64,000 nucleotides of DNA. It comes from Heterodontus francisci. Lineage: Eukaryota. Below, one piece after another: positions 1-12,186 of this stretch. Below the pieces are notes generated by a model, which was not told where the DNA came from, ran no database searches, and saw nothing but the letters and a program-made list of their open reading frames with translations. How positions within the stretch are numbered: position 1 is the first letter of the stretch; each line of letters begins with the position of its first letter. Both the position numbers and the translations under genes were made by a program. The DNA lies in contig NC_090404.1 of the NCBI RefSeq assembly GCF_036365525.1, forward strand, positions 9,858,001 through 9,922,000. The letters are read 5' to 3'.

Positions 1-1
1 C

Positions 2-175
2 ACTGGGGAGCGGCCGTTCAGTTGTTCTATGTGTGGGAAGGAATTCACTCAAAAATCACACTTGCTGTCACACCAACGGCTTCACAGTGGGGAGAGGCCG
101 TTCTCATGCTCCATGTGTGGGAAGGGATTCGCTCAGAAATCGAGCTTGCTGGCACACCAGCGAGGTCACAAGTGA
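2..175 (+). CDS. 3' end of a C2H2 zinc-finger gene (two intact fingers, runs off window start)
   Basis: Frame from nt 2 reads [57 protein letters not shown]-stop (TGA 173-175). It is followed by the 3'UTR motif shared with the other ZNF copies in the window. Confidence 0.85.
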   Translation, partial: TGERPFSCSMCGKEFTQKSHLLSHQRLHSGERPFSCSMCGKGFAQKSSLLAHQRGHK

Positions 176-859
176 CTACATGGATTGCATTCTGCTGTTA
201 TTGCAGCTGTTGATCAATCCAGGACAGAACCATTTTCATTCTGACAGTTGGAGTTTGTTTCTGCTGATGATCACTCCAGTAACCAGGCTAGAGTTCAGTA
301 TTCTGGATAAATGTGAAATAAATCAGCTTTTGTTTTAAAAACATTGTTATAGATTTTTATCTTTCTCACCTGAGTGTTTAGCATCACGGGGCTGGAGCTT
401 AGAAAGGACGGTCTCTGGGGAGGAACAGAACTTCAGCCTAGACATGTCTTCAGGGCCACACTGAGGGGCAAACAACTTGTCTCTTGTTTCTACTGAAAGC
501 AAAATCCCCATGTGGGTTAATCTTGAGGCATGTAAGAAATGTGTCCGAGCTGTTCTTTTCCATGGTTTAGAGCTCCTAGGTATGGAACAGAATTGCATTT
601 AGAGTCAGGAAGAACAACAGTGACTGCTGGAAACGTGCTGTTAAATCAGAGATTGGTGTAAAACTGTGATCTGTTCCTGACTGAATGTGAAATGGCAGAT
701 TTAAGTTTCCAGTCTGAAAATGACTGGTAATAATTCTATGAAGATTTAACGTGGTTATGTGACTGTCCTGAATCTACCAATTTATGATACGTGTTATTTC
801 ATTTAAAATAAACCTTTTGAAAATAAATTGCTTAAAGTCTGCATGAAAATAGAAGTGTA

Positions 860-1745
860 GGAGTTCACAGAAGCCTGTGAAGGTGTGGCAAACAGTGAGG
901 ATGATATGAACTGTCTGCAATAGGAGAATGGGCAGACAGGTGGCAGATGGAATTTAATACTGTCAAGTGAGAGATGATGCATTGGCAGAAGGTATAGGGA
1001 GAGGCAATATATACTTAATGGCACAGTTCTAAAGAATGCAGGAACAGAGGGACCTGGGGGCGGCATATGCATCAATCTTTGAAGGTGACAGAGCAAACTG
1101 AATGTATGGTTAGTAAAGCATGTGGGATCTTGGGCTTCATAAACAGAGGCATTGAGTAAAAAAGCAGGGAAGTTATGCTGAACCTTTCTAAAGCTCTGGT
1201 TAGGCCCCAACTGGAGTATTGCGTCCAGTTCTGTCCACCGCACTTCGGGAAGGATGTGAGGGTCCTTGAGAGGGTGCAGAGGAAATTTACCAGAATGGTT
1301 CCAGCGTGGAGGATTTTAGTTACAAGGTTAGGCTGGAAAAGCTGGGTTTGTTCTCCTGAGAACAAAGGAGAGTGAGGGGAGATTTATTTAAGTGTACAAG
1401 ATTATTGCAGGCTTAGATAAGTTAGACAAGGAAAAGCTGTTCTCATTAACTAATGGTATGAGGACTAAGGGACACATTGAAGGTTTTGGCCAAGAGAAAT
1501 GGGGATACGAGGAAGAACTTTGAACACAGCAGATGGTAATGACCTGGAACTTTCTGCCCACAAGGGTGGTGGAAGCAGAGACGATCACTGATTTGAAGAG
1601 GAAGTTGGATGGCCACTTGAGGGAAATGGACTTGCAGGGCTATGGGGATCAAGTGGAGGACTGAGACAGACTGGGTAGTTCTGTGAAGAGCTGGCATAGA
1701 CTTGATGGGCTGAATGGCCTCCTGTGCCATAAATGACGCTGTGAC
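860..1745 (+). mobile_element. CR1-type LINE 3' fragment, degenerate
   Basis: ORF 1175..1375 has KALVRPQLEYCVQF..LERVQRKFTRM (CR1 ORF2 C-terminus); CR1 3' tail gggctgaatggcctcctgtg. Confidence 0.85.
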
Positions 1746-2059
1746 TCTAATTGCTGGTACAATTATGCAACAGACATTTGATCTCCTGTTAAAGAACATG
1801 ATTAAAGGATTTAAGAGGGTCGATAAAGATAAATTATTTCCTTTGTTGGGGGAGCCCAGAACAAGGTGGCACAACATTAAAACTGGAGGTTGGTCATTCA
1901 GGATGGGGCGACTGGGAGGTGATATTAAGGTCGAATTAAACTGAAATGTATGATTTTCATTAATTTTACAATGAAACTCAAAAGATGTTTCAGTACATTC
2001 TTTAACTCCTGTCTGAATTTACTCTTGAGTCAGTGCTAGTGTTCTATGTGCATTTTACT

Positions 2060-2700
2060 TTTTACTGATTTCTGTAGATGGACCCCTAAATCTCTGTCCC
2101 TCCACAGTTCCTAACTTTTAATCATTTAGAAAATACTCTGATCCATCTTCCTTAGATCTAACGTGAATGACCCTCACACTTCCCCACACTGAGCTCCTTC
2201 TGTTACAGTTTTGCCCACTCACTAAATCTATCAATGACCCTGAGAAACGTTTCTCTGTCATCTACGATAATCAATGCGCCATCTAACTTAATCTGGACAA
2301 CAGACTTGGATATACGGCTCTCTATTCCTTCATCAAAGTCATTGATAAATATAGTGGAAAGCAGAGTCCTCAGTGCAGATCCCTGGGTGATACTGCTGGT
2401 CACATCTTGCCAACTGGAGTACCTACTCAATACCCTACTCCCTGTCCCCTACCTCCTAACCAATTCCATATCCAAGTCATAGGTTGCCTCTAATTTCAGG
2501 CACTTCCATGTTTTCTAACAGTCTCTTGTGTGGAAACTTATCGAATGCCTTCTTGAAGTCAATATAATTAACATCCATCGACATTCCCTTACTACTATGT
2601 TAGTGACCTCCTCAAAAATCCAACATGGTAAGTTAGATATGACTTAACCTTTTACAAATCCATCCTGTTTCTCTATGATCAGTTCATATTTGTTCAGGTG
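2060..2700 (-). mobile_element. old CR1 RT fragment
   Basis: ORF 2203..2430 WQDVTSSITQGSALRTLLSTIFINDFDEG resembles the RT GVPQGSVLGP..IYINDL motif. Confidence 0.75.
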
Positions 2701-2839
2701 ATAATGGAGTGAATGACACAGACCACACAGACCCTCTGAACCTCTCGGGACTGGAGATTTTCCCATTGATGAAACTATCATCCAACATAAGACGTAGAGT
2801 TAATCTCACTCTCTGTGTTCCCCTCCTGCACCATCTGGC

Positions 2840-3035
2840 TGTGTTTCTCTCTGTGTCTCTGTCTTCCTCTTCCTGTCCTTATCTTTCTGTCTCTCTCTCT
2901 CTCACTCCATTCTTCTGTCTTTTGTTTTGTCTCCTTTTGTGTCTCTCTTTCTCTGTATATATGTATATACATGTGTCTGTCTTTGTCTCTCGTTCTGTCA
3001 TGCTCTCATTCACTCAGTCTCACTCTCATTCTGTG
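2840..3035. repeat. CT/GT-rich low-complexity tract
   Basis: Degenerate (CT)n/(CTGT)n run. Confidence 0.7.
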
Positions 3036-3092
3036 ACATTGATTCTCCACTTCAGGCACAGTAGCTGCTATTCCAAAGTCACCGCAATACCC

Positions 3093-3472
3093 AGGGGAGG
3101 CAGTGGCATAGTGGTAATGTCACTTGGCTAGTAATCCAGAGGCCTAGGCTAATGCTTTGGAAACATGGGTTCGAATTGGCAGGTGGTGAAATTTGAATTC
3201 AGTTAATAAATCTGGAATTAAAAGCTAGTCTAATGGTGACTGTGAAAGCATTGTTGATTGTTGTAAAAACCCATCCGTTTACGAATGTTCCTTAGGGAAG
3301 GAAATCTGCTGTCCTTACCTGGTCTGACTCCAGACCCACAGCAATGTGGTTGACTCTTAAATGCCTTCTGAAATGGCCTAACAAGTCACTTAGTTGTCAA
3401 GGGCAATTAGGGATGGACAATAAATGATGGCCTAGCCAGCAACGCCCACATCCCATGAAAGAATTAAAACAA
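3093..3472 (+). mobile_element. tRNA-derived SINE with L2-type 3' tail
   Basis: A-box tggcatagtgg, B-box ggttcgaat, tail gggcaattagggatgg..cccacatcccatgaaagaattaaaa. A homologous copy lies at 43882-44215. Confidence 0.8.
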
Positions 3473-3627
3473 AACCCAAGATGAGTTCATAGTTGTGACT
3501 TCATACAGACACAATTGGATTAATGTTCCCAGTCATTTCCGATCAGGGTTCATGAAGCTGTTGGTGGATAAGAACAACATTAACCAGAGTGGAAGGAAAT
3601 GGGACTCATCCTGGTGTGAGTCAGGCA

Positions 3628-3762
3628 CTGTTCCGAAGAAGGGTCACTGACCTGAAACGTTAACTCTGCTTCTCTCTCCACAGATGCTGCCAGACCTGCT
3701 GAGTATTTACAGCATTTCTTGTTTTATTTCAGATTTCCAGCATCTGCAGTATTTTGCTTTTC
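3628..3762 (+). mobile_element. Penelope-like terminal repeat fragment with minimal hammerhead motif
   Basis: gtt-CCGAAGA-agggtcactgacct-GAAA-cgttaact followed by cagatgctgccagacctgctgag. Homologous to 10605-10705, 23095-23265, 32472-32750 and 36190-36325. Confidence 0.7.
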
Positions 3763-4399
3763 TTATATTGACTTAAAGCCCCACTGATCTTCCCTTTTTG
3801 TGATATCACCATCTTTCTACGAGTGTTAGGAAAAGGTTGATTATTGTACAGCAAAAATGCTGATTTATCCAGATATGTAAAAATTGCCACAATATAAATC
3901 CCAATTTAATTTTAAACTGCTGACAGGTTTAGCTGTGGGTTTATAATGTTGGCACCTTCAGAGAGTCTCATCGACCTAAAGACTTCTGGTAAATACATTT
4001 CCTGAGTGAATTTAACTTTGAACTGGGTTTGCACGCGTGATGCTCTTCACACTCACATTGACGGTGAGAGAGATCGCAAGGCTCGGAGAGGCACTCTGGA
4101 AGATATGTGGAGCTGGGACTTGTCCATAAGAGTAACCAAAGGTATGAAAACTGAAATTATCTATAGTTAGAAAGGAGAAAAGGCCCAAAAATAGAACAGT
4201 AGGTAACAGAACATCTTGGAGAAATTAAGCACTGACACAGTATGCATTTGGAAAAAAAATCATTTGACCAATATCAGAATATTAAACTCCAACCTGGTTA
4301 TTGGGGTCACTAACATCAGCAGAAATAAACCCCAACTATCAGAATGAACATGGTTCAGTTCTGGATGTGATTAGCAGCAGCAATAACAGCAGAATCCAA

Positions 4400-5935
4400 T
4401 CCCTGCAGTCACTTATGAGTTTGCTGCTGTTTTTACAGTTTGGATGAATAAGTGAATCCCTTCCCACATCATCTTCTTTGTCCTCCTTGTCTCAAGAGAC
4501 AATGGGTAAGCGCCTGGAGGTGGTCAGTGGTTTGTGGAGCAGTGCCTGGAGTGGCTATAAAGGCCAATTCTAGAGTGACAGACTCTTCCACAGGCGCTGC
4601 AGATAAAATTGGTTGTCGGGGCTGTTACACGGTTGGTTCTCTCCTTGCACCTCTGTCTTTTTTCCTGCCAACTGCTAAGTCTCTTTGACTCGCCACTCTT
4701 TAGTCCCACCTCTATGACTGTCCGCCAGCTCTGGCGATCTCTGGCAACTAACTCCCACGATTTGTGGTCAATGTCACAGGATTTCATGTCGTGTTTGCAG
4801 ACATCTTTAAAGCGGAGACATGGATGGCCAATGGGTCTGATACCAGTGACGAGCTCGCTGTACAATGCATCCTTGGGGATTCTACCATCTTCCATGCGGC
4901 TCACATGGCCAAGCCATCTGAAGCACCGCTGGCTCAGTAGGGTGTTATGCTGGAGATGTTGGCCATCTCGAGGACTTCTGCGTTGGAGATATGGTCCTGC
5001 CACCTGATGCCAAGGATTCTCCAGAGGCAGCGAAGATGGAATGAATTGAGACGTCGCTCTTGGCTGACATACGTTGTCCAGGCCTCGCTGCCGTAGAGCA
5101 AGGTACTGAGGACACAGGCCTGATACACTCGGACTTTTGTGTTCCGTGTCAGTGCACCATTTTCCCACACCCTCTTGGCTAGTCTGGATATAGCAACGGA
5201 CGCCTTTCCCATGCGCTTGTTGATTTCTGCATCGAGAGACAGGTTACTGGTGATAGTTGAGCCTAGGTAGGTGAACTCTTGAACCACTTCCAGAGTGTGG
5301 TCACTGATATTGATGGAGCATTTCAGACGTCCTGTCCCATGATGTTCATTTTCTTGAGGCTGATGGTTAGGCCAAATTCATTGCAGGCAGCCACAAATCT
5401 GTTGATGAGTCTCTGCAGACACTCTTCTGTGTGGGATGTTAATGCAGCATCGTCAGCAAAGAGGAGTTCCCTGATGAGGACTTTCCGTACTTTGGTCTTC
5501 GCTCTAAGATGGGCAAGGTTGAACAACCTGCCATCTGATCTTGTGTGGAGGAAAATTCCTTCTTCTGAAGTCTTGAATGCATGTGAGAGCAGCGACATAC
5601 AGAACAAGTTAACAGTCTCTCCCCAGACTGAACAGCCTGGTATGTCAGAAGTTTGACTGACAGTGAATCCCTTCCCAAATTTGGAGCAGTGAATGGCCTC
5701 TCTCTAGTGTGAATTCGCTGATGTTTCTGGAGACTTGATGAGGTAATGAATCCCTTCCCACACACCGAGCAGGTGAATGGCCTCTCCCCACTGTGGCTGT
5801 GTCGATGAGTTTTCAGTTCAGGTGGGTAATTGAATCCCCTCCCACAGTCCCCATATTTCCACGGTTTCTCTGTGGTGCAGGTGTCCTTTGTCCAACCTGG
5901 AGAGACACATCAGTTGAACCCTCATCCACACACAA
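4400..5935 (-). pseudogene. C2H2 zinc-finger pseudogene split by an RTE insertion
   Basis: Minus-strand CGKGFITSSSLQKHQRIHTRERPF (ORF 5439..5765) with frameshifts. The final finger and family 3'UTR lie at 4270-4470, on the other side of the RTE. Confidence 0.8.
4472..5592 (-). mobile_element. 5'-truncated RTE LINE
   Basis: Closely similar to the 3' part of the 6252-10044 element (LFADDA RT motif; C-terminal CSACGRVCHSRIGLYSH); frameshifted. Confidence 0.92.
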
Positions 5936-6251
5936 AATTCTTGTCTGACAAGTTGCATTTATATAGAGCCTCTAATGTAGTAAAAACATCCCAAAGCTCT
6001 TCACAGGAGAATTAACAGTTGCAACATTAACATTGATCATCCCAATGTGGCTGTGTTCATGTTTCCAATTTGGTCCCCAAAACACTGCTATAATTTCCAT
6101 ATAATAACAATTGAAATGCACATATTTTGCCAACATAAATCAGTGGCTCTGATAAATCGTCTGTTGCATCATGTAACACCTATGATTGTAAAACAGTAGA
6201 TCTTCTAGCTCAGTGTAATCCTTGCCTTGGTGGATTTACTGGGAATACAAT

Positions 6252-9200
6252 TTTTTTTTTTCTTTTGGGCCTCCTTATCTCGAGAGACAATAGATACGTG
6301 CCTGGAGGTGGTCAGTGGTTTGTGAAGCAGAGACTGGAGTGGCTATAAAGGCCAATTCTGGAGTGACAGGCTCTTCCACAGGTGCTGCAGAGAAATTTGT
6401 TTGTTGGGGCTGTTGCACAGTTGGCTCTCCCCTTGCGCCTCTGTCTTTTTTCCTGCCAACTACTAAGTCTCTTCGACTCGCCACAATTTAGCCCTGTCTT
6501 TATGGCTGCCCGCCAGCTCTGGCGAATGCTGGCAACTGACTCCCACGACTTGTGATCAATGTCACACGATTTCATGTCGCGTTTGCAGACGTCTTTATAA
6601 CGGAGACATGGACGGCCGGTGGGTCTGATACCAGTGGCGAGCTCGCTGTACAATGTGTCTTTGGGGATCCTGCCATCTTCCATGCGGCTCACATGGCCAA
6701 GCCATCTCAAGCGCCGCTGACTCAGTAGTGTGTATAAGCTGGGGATGTTGTCCACTTCAAGGACTTCTGTGTTGGAGATATAGTCCTGCCACCTGATGCC
6801 AAGTATTCTCCGAAGGCAGCGAAGATGGAATGAATTGAGACGTCGCTCTTGGCTGGCATACGTTGTCCAGGCCTCGCTGCCGTAGAGCAAGGTACTGAGG
6901 ACACAGGCCTGATACACTCGGACTTTTGTGTTCCGTGTCAGTGCGCCATTTTCCCACACTCTCTTGGCCAGTCTGAACATAGCAGTGGAAGCCTTACCCA
7001 TGCGCTTGTTGATTTCTGCATCTAGAGACAGGTTACTGGTGATAGTTGAGCCTAGGTAGGTGAACTCTTGAACCACTTCCAGAGCGTGGTCGCCAATATT
7101 AATGGATGGAGGATTTCTGACATCCTGCCCCATGATGTTCGTTTTCTTGAGGCTGATGGTTAGGCCAAATTCATTGCAGGCAGACGCAAACCTGTCGATG
7201 AGACTCTGCAGGCATTCTTCAGTGTGAGATGTTAAAGCAGCATCGTCAGCAAAGAGGAGTTCTCTGATGAGGACTTTCCGTACTTTGGACTTCGCTCTTA
7301 GACGGGCAAGGTTGAACAACCTGCCCCCTGATCTTGTGTGGAGGAAAATTCCTTCTTCAGAGGATTTGAACGCATGTGAAAGCAGCAGGGAGAAGAAAAT
7401 CCCAAAAAGTGTGGGTGCGAGAACACAGCCCTGTTTCACACCACTCAGGATAGGAAAGGGCTCTGATGAGGAGCCACCATGTTGAATTGTGCCTTTCATA
7501 TTGTCATGGAATGAGGTGATGATACTTAGTAGCTTTGGTGGACATCCGATCTTTTCTAGTAGTCTGAAGAGACCACGTCTGCTGACAAGGTCAAAGGCTT
7601 TGGTGAGATCAATGAAAGCAATGTAGAGGGGCATCTGTTGTTCACGGCATTTCTCCTGTATCTGACGAAGGGAGAACAGCATGTCAACAGTCGATCTCTC
7701 TGCACGAAAGCCACACTGTGCCTCAGGGTAGATGCGCTCGGCCAGCTTCTGGAGCCTGTTCAGAGCGACTCGAGCAAAGACTTTCCCCACTATGCTGAGC
7801 AGGGAGATTCCACGGTAGTTGTTGCAGTCACCGCGGTCACCTTTGTTTTTATAGAGGGTGATGATGTTGGCATCGCGCATGTCCTGGGGTACTGCTCCCT
7901 CGTCCCAGCACAGGCTTAGCAGTTCATGTAGTGCTGAGAGTATAGCAGGCTTGGCACTCTTGATTATTTCAGGGGTAATGCTGTCCTTCCCAGGGGCTTT
8001 TCCGCTGGCTAGGGAATCAATGGCATCACTGAGTTCCGATTTGGTTGGCTGTATGTCCAGCTCATCCATGACTGGTAGAGGCTGGGCTGCATTGAGGGCA
8101 GTCTCAGTGACAGCATTCTCCCTGGAGTACAGTTCTAGGTAGTGCTCAACCCAGCGGTCCATCTGTTTGCGTTGGTCAGTGATTATGTCCCCCGATTTAG
8201 ATTTGAGGGGGGTGATCTTCTTGATGGTTGGCCCAAGAGCTCTCTTCATGCCATCATACATTCCTCTGATGTTTCCGGTGTCTGAGGCCAGCTGAATATG
8301 ACTGCATAGGTGTTGCCAGTAGTCGTTTGCGCAACGCCTAGCTGTTCTTTGTGCAGTACTTCTGGCTGCTTTAAGTGCTGCGGATGTTAAATCGCTGGGG
8401 GCTTTCTTGTAGTTCAAAAGTGCAATGCGCTTAGCGGCTATGACAGGTTCCAGCTCTTCATTATGAGATTGAAACCAGTCTGCATTTCTCTTCGCACTTT
8501 TGCCGTAGGTGGTCAAAGCTGACTCATAGATGGCGTCTCTGATGTGGGCCCACTTGGTCTCAGCATCCCCTGTGGGAGTGTTTTGAAGGGCTGTTACAAG
8601 TGAATTTAGAAATTTTTGTAACAGCTGTGGGTGAGAAATTCTGCTCGTGTTGATGCGCGGGTGGCCCTTCTGCTTGGAATGATGCAACTTCTTTGGTCTG
8701 AGTCTAACCTTGCTGCACACCAGGGAGTGCTCGGTGTCGCAGTCCGCACTGTGGAAGCTGCGTGTGATTTGAACACTGTTTAAGGCGGCTCGCCTTGTGA
8801 CAATGAGGTCTAGCTGGTGCCAACGACGTGATCTTGGGTTCCTCCATGAAACCTGGTGACAGGGTTTAGTGTGAAAGAACGAGTTGGTGATGCAGAGGTT
8901 ATGATAGGTACACAACTCAAGCAGTCTCTGCCCGTTCTCATTCATCCTTCCAACGCCATAGCGCCCAAGGCAGGAGGGCCATGAGTCATGGTCGGCCCCA
9001 ACCCTGGCATTAAAGTCCCCCAGCAGGAATAGGTGTTCGGTGTTGGGGATGCTGCTAATGATGTTATGGAGTTGTTCATAGAACTGGTCTTTAGCTTCAG
9101 GTGCGGAACAGAGTGTTGGAGCATAGATGCTGAGTAGGTGTACTGGACCAGAGGTGGTGAGCAGTCGGATGGACAGTATGCGTTCCGAGCCATTTGAGGG

Positions 9201-10398
9201 AGGCTCTATCATGCTGAGCAAGGAGTTTCTGATGGCGAAGCCCACTCCATGCTGTCTTGGTTCTTCAGGATCCCTGCCCTGCCAGAAGAAGGTGTAGTCT
9301 TGCTCTGCTAGAGAGCCACTCGCGGGGAGGCGAGTCTCCTGAAGTGCTGCAATGTCCACATTGAGTCTACTGAGCTCGTTGTTAATGATGGCGGTCTTCC
9401 GAGAATCGTTGATTTGTGTAAGGTCTTCCGACAGGGCAGGACACATAGTTCTGACGTTCCAGCTTGCAAAGCGAAGGGCTGGTACCTTCTTTCCTTTTTT
9501 CATGTTGTTTGGTGCGGTGTATCAGTCCACCTTTCGGGCAATGACCCTGAGCTCCAAGCACCCATTGAAGCAGGCAGACTGTGGCGGGACAGAACCTTAT
9601 TGACCGGGGGCTGCCCGGTTTGAGGCGGGTGGTAGCTGTCCAGTGAGGTGCAATGACCTCTCCCACCGACAAAGGCAACCCGTGGCGCCCAGTTTCTACG
9701 CCAATTTATCTGGACTTATAACCCGTAACTGCTGCCTTCCGTGTTGTTTCAGTCGCTGTGAGGCAACTATGGAGTGACCTCTCCATGGCGCATGCCTGGG
9801 CAAATTTATGGAGGTTGAGAGTTGCCCAGTCGTCAAAACCCCCCTCTCGGCCTTTCTGGTGGGGTCCAAAGGAGTGCAGGACACGACGTTTGGCACCAGT
9901 ATGGCTGCAGGAACTGCCGGAAACATGCCAAAGGTGACACATGACCGCCTTCGGGGTTCCGCTCCGGATTTTCTGTTAGGGTTTACTCCCTTAGCCTTGG
10001 TCTCTCCCGAGACGCCCACAAGGCAGTGGGGTTGTTGGGGCCCCTACACAGGTGTAGGATGGTGCCGGTGGGAGGAGGGGATGCAAGGGGGAGGGGTAGA
10101 GGGAGGGGGTGGGGGGGGGTGCAGGGGAAGGGGGTGCGGGGTGAAGATGGGGCGGGCTGGGACGGGGTTGTGAGGGGGTGAGCTGAGAGGGTGGAGCAGG
10201 GAAGGGGACGGGGGTGGGGGGGGGTGGAAGGGGGGTAAAGGGGGGGGAGGGGGGGGGAATCTGGTGCAGGTAATAAGCCATTTCCTCAGTGCCCACCATC
10301 GACGTCCGGAAAGCTCATCCACGTCCTTCGGGAGGTGAAGCATCATTTGGCAGACTTAGAGGTGATTACATTTGTTAAGGGTTTTTTTTTTTTGCAGT
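6252..10398 (-). mobile_element. full-length RTE-clade non-LTR retrotransposon with 10-bp TSD
   Basis: A-rich 3' tail at 6251-6266; long 5'UTR; TSD GGAATACAAT at 6242-6251 and 10399-10408. Confidence 0.9.
6312..9503 (-). CDS. RTE ORF: APE endonuclease + reverse transcriptase + C-terminal CCHH zinc finger (1063 aa, uninterrupted)
   Basis: SWNVRT, LQET, GDFNA (APE); YRGISLL, AFIDLTKAFD, GVKQG, LFADDA (RT); CxxCGRxCxSRIGLYSH. Confidence 0.95.
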   Translation of the reverse strand: MKKGKKVPALRFASWNVRTMCPALSEDLTQINDSRKTAIINNELSRLNVDIAALQETRLPASGSLAEQDYTFFWQGRDPEEPRQHGVGFAIRNSLLSMIEPPSNGSERILSIRLLTTSGPVHLLSIYAPTLCSAPEAKDQFYEQLHNIISSIPNTEHLFLLGDFNARVGADHDSWPSCLGRYGVGRMNENGQRLLELCTYHNLCITNSFFHTKPCHQVSWRNPRSRRWHQLDLIVTRRAALNSVQITRSFHSADCDTEHSLVCSKVRLRPKKLHHSKQKGHPRINTSRISHPQLLQKFLNSLVTALQNTPTGDAETKWAHIRDAIYESALTTYGKSAKRNADWFQSHNEELEPVIAAKRIALLNYKKAPSDLTSAALKAARSTAQRTARRCANDYWQHLCSHIQLASDTGNIRGMYDGMKRALGPTIKKITPLKSKSGDIITDQRKQMDRWVEHYLELYSRENAVTETALNAAQPLPVMDELDIQPTKSELSDAIDSLASGKAPGKDSITPEIIKSAKPAILSALHELLSLCWDEGAVPQDMRDANIITLYKNKGDRGDCNNYRGISLLSIVGKVFARVALNRLQKLAERIYPEAQCGFRAERSTVDMLFSLRQIQEKCREQQMPLYIAFIDLTKAFDLVSRRGLFRLLEKIGCPPKLLSIITSFHDNMKGTIQHGGSSSEPFPILSGVKQGCVLAPTLFGIFFSLLLSHAFKSSEEGIFLHTRSGGRLFNLARLRAKSKVRKVLIRELLFADDAALTSHTEECLQSLIDRFASACNEFGLTISLKKTNIMGQDVRNPPSINIGDHALEVVQEFTYLGSTITSNLSLDAEINKRMGKASTAMFRLAKRVWENGALTRNTKVRVYQACVLSTLLYGSEAWTTYASQERRLNSFHLRCLRRILGIRWQDYISNTEVLEVDNIPSLYTLLSQRRLRWLGHVSRMEDGRIPKDTLYSELATGIRPTGRPCLRYKDVCKRDMKSCDIDHKSWESVASIRQSWRAAIKTGLNCGESKRLSSWQEKRQRRKGRANCATAPTNKFLCSTCGRACHSRIGLYSHSSLCFTNH

Positions 10399-11689
10399 GG
10401 AATACAATATATACTGTTACGAACATACGAATTAGGAGCAGAAGTAGGCCATTTGGCCCATCAAGCCTGCTCCGCCATTCAACAAGATCATGGCTGATCT
10501 GTTTGTGTCTCGAATTCCACACTCTCAATCTACCCCCAATAACCTTTGACTCCCTTGCCTAACAAGAATCTATCTACCTCCGCCTTAAAAATATTCAATG
10601 ACCCTGTTCTCATGAAAGGACATTGACCTGAAATGTTAACTCCCATTCTATCTCCAGATGCTGCCTGACCTGCTGAATATTTTCAGCATCTTCTGTTTTT
10701 ATTAATAACTAGGGTCCTTTGTTTCCCAGTTTTGTTTCTACTGTTGCTGCATTCAGCTGATCCCATTGTTTTTCCCTTGTATACTTTTTGCTTGTATTTT
10801 TCCTTATTTTTTTTCACTATACCTCGTCTTAATCCATTTCCTGTCTGCTTTGCATTTCTCTATCCTAAGTATTCAGACTTTGTTCCCAAAGTTGGTAAGG
10901 ATGTAAGATGTGCCATGCAGCATGATATATAACACTATTTCAGGTGGTGGGGGGAGATTACTGAGTACAATGCAATATTTCCAACTGTTTAACATCAGAA
11001 AATTAAGCTGAGATCTCCTATGTTGCAGCAGGTATTAATTCTGAAGGAGTCCCACCTGAAATTATTAATTTATCTTTCTAAATGATGATTCACCTGCTGT
11101 GTATTTGCCCATTTTTGTGTTCTTTTCAGTTTCCCGGTATTCGTGAATTTTCTTTTTGTTTAATCTCTGCTAAAACATATTCTTCTTGTGATCCTGAAAT
11201 CCAGAGGCTTTTAAGTTGGAAAAATACCCGAGTGCATGAAGGACTCAACTAGTCCTAACTATTTATGCTAGCAATAAACAAAAATCTCACGAGAGGTTTA
11301 TACGAGGAAATGTTTTTCTCCAAGACCAGGGATGGCCAAACTATTTCCCGAAGTTCACAAAGTGCCCATGAGCATGGGCTATCAGGTCCACAACAAGAAG
11401 CACCATTACTGGCTGCTCCTCACTCCCTCAGCACAGCTCCTGACTTCTCCCTGCCCTTTAGTGCCTCCCCAAACCCCCAAACCATTGCTGGTCCCTGAAT
11501 GCTGATGCTGCTGTATCAAATGATTAAACACAAATCCGCACCGTCTGCAGGAATTCCGTGCCACAGTGTGGAGTGACATTCAATCACTTAAAGCACATCA
11601 ACAAGACAAAATGAAATAGTGGTGACATTGTAGGGGCAGGAGATGGAAGCCGTAGTGACAGCAGGAAAGTGCCAGAATGATATTGGAGG

Positions 11690-12186
11690 GAGGGGGAAGG
11701 AGAGTCAGAATGAAACTGGATGGAGTGGGGGAGTGTCAATATGAAATTTGAGGATGGGGAAGGATTGTCAGTATGACATTGGAGGGGAGGAGTGTCAGTA
11801 TGATATTGGAGGGAGCAGGAAGGAGTGTCAGTATGAAATTGGAGGGAGGGGGAAGGAGTGTTAGTATGAAATTGGAGGGCGGGGAAGGAGTGTCAGTATG
11901 AAATTGGAGGGAAGGGGAAGGAGTGTCAGTATGAAATTGGAGGGCGGGGGAAGGAGTGTCAGTATGAAATTGGAGGGAGGGTGGAAGGAGTGTCAGTATG
12001 AAATTGGAGGGAGGGGGAAGGAGTGTCAGTATGAAATTGGAGGGAGGGGGAAGGATTGTCTGTATGAAATTGGAGGGAGGGGGAAGGATTGTCTGTATGA
12101 AATTGGAGGGAGGGGGAAGGAGTGTCAGTATGAAATTGGAGGGGGGGGAAGGATTGTCAGTATGAAATTGGAGGGAGGTGGAAGGA
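11690..12186. repeat. ~33-bp G-rich minisatellite (ggaaggagtgtcagtatgaaattggagggaggg)n
   Basis: About 14 tandem units visible; explains the Pro-rich pseudo-ORFs. Confidence 0.95.
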
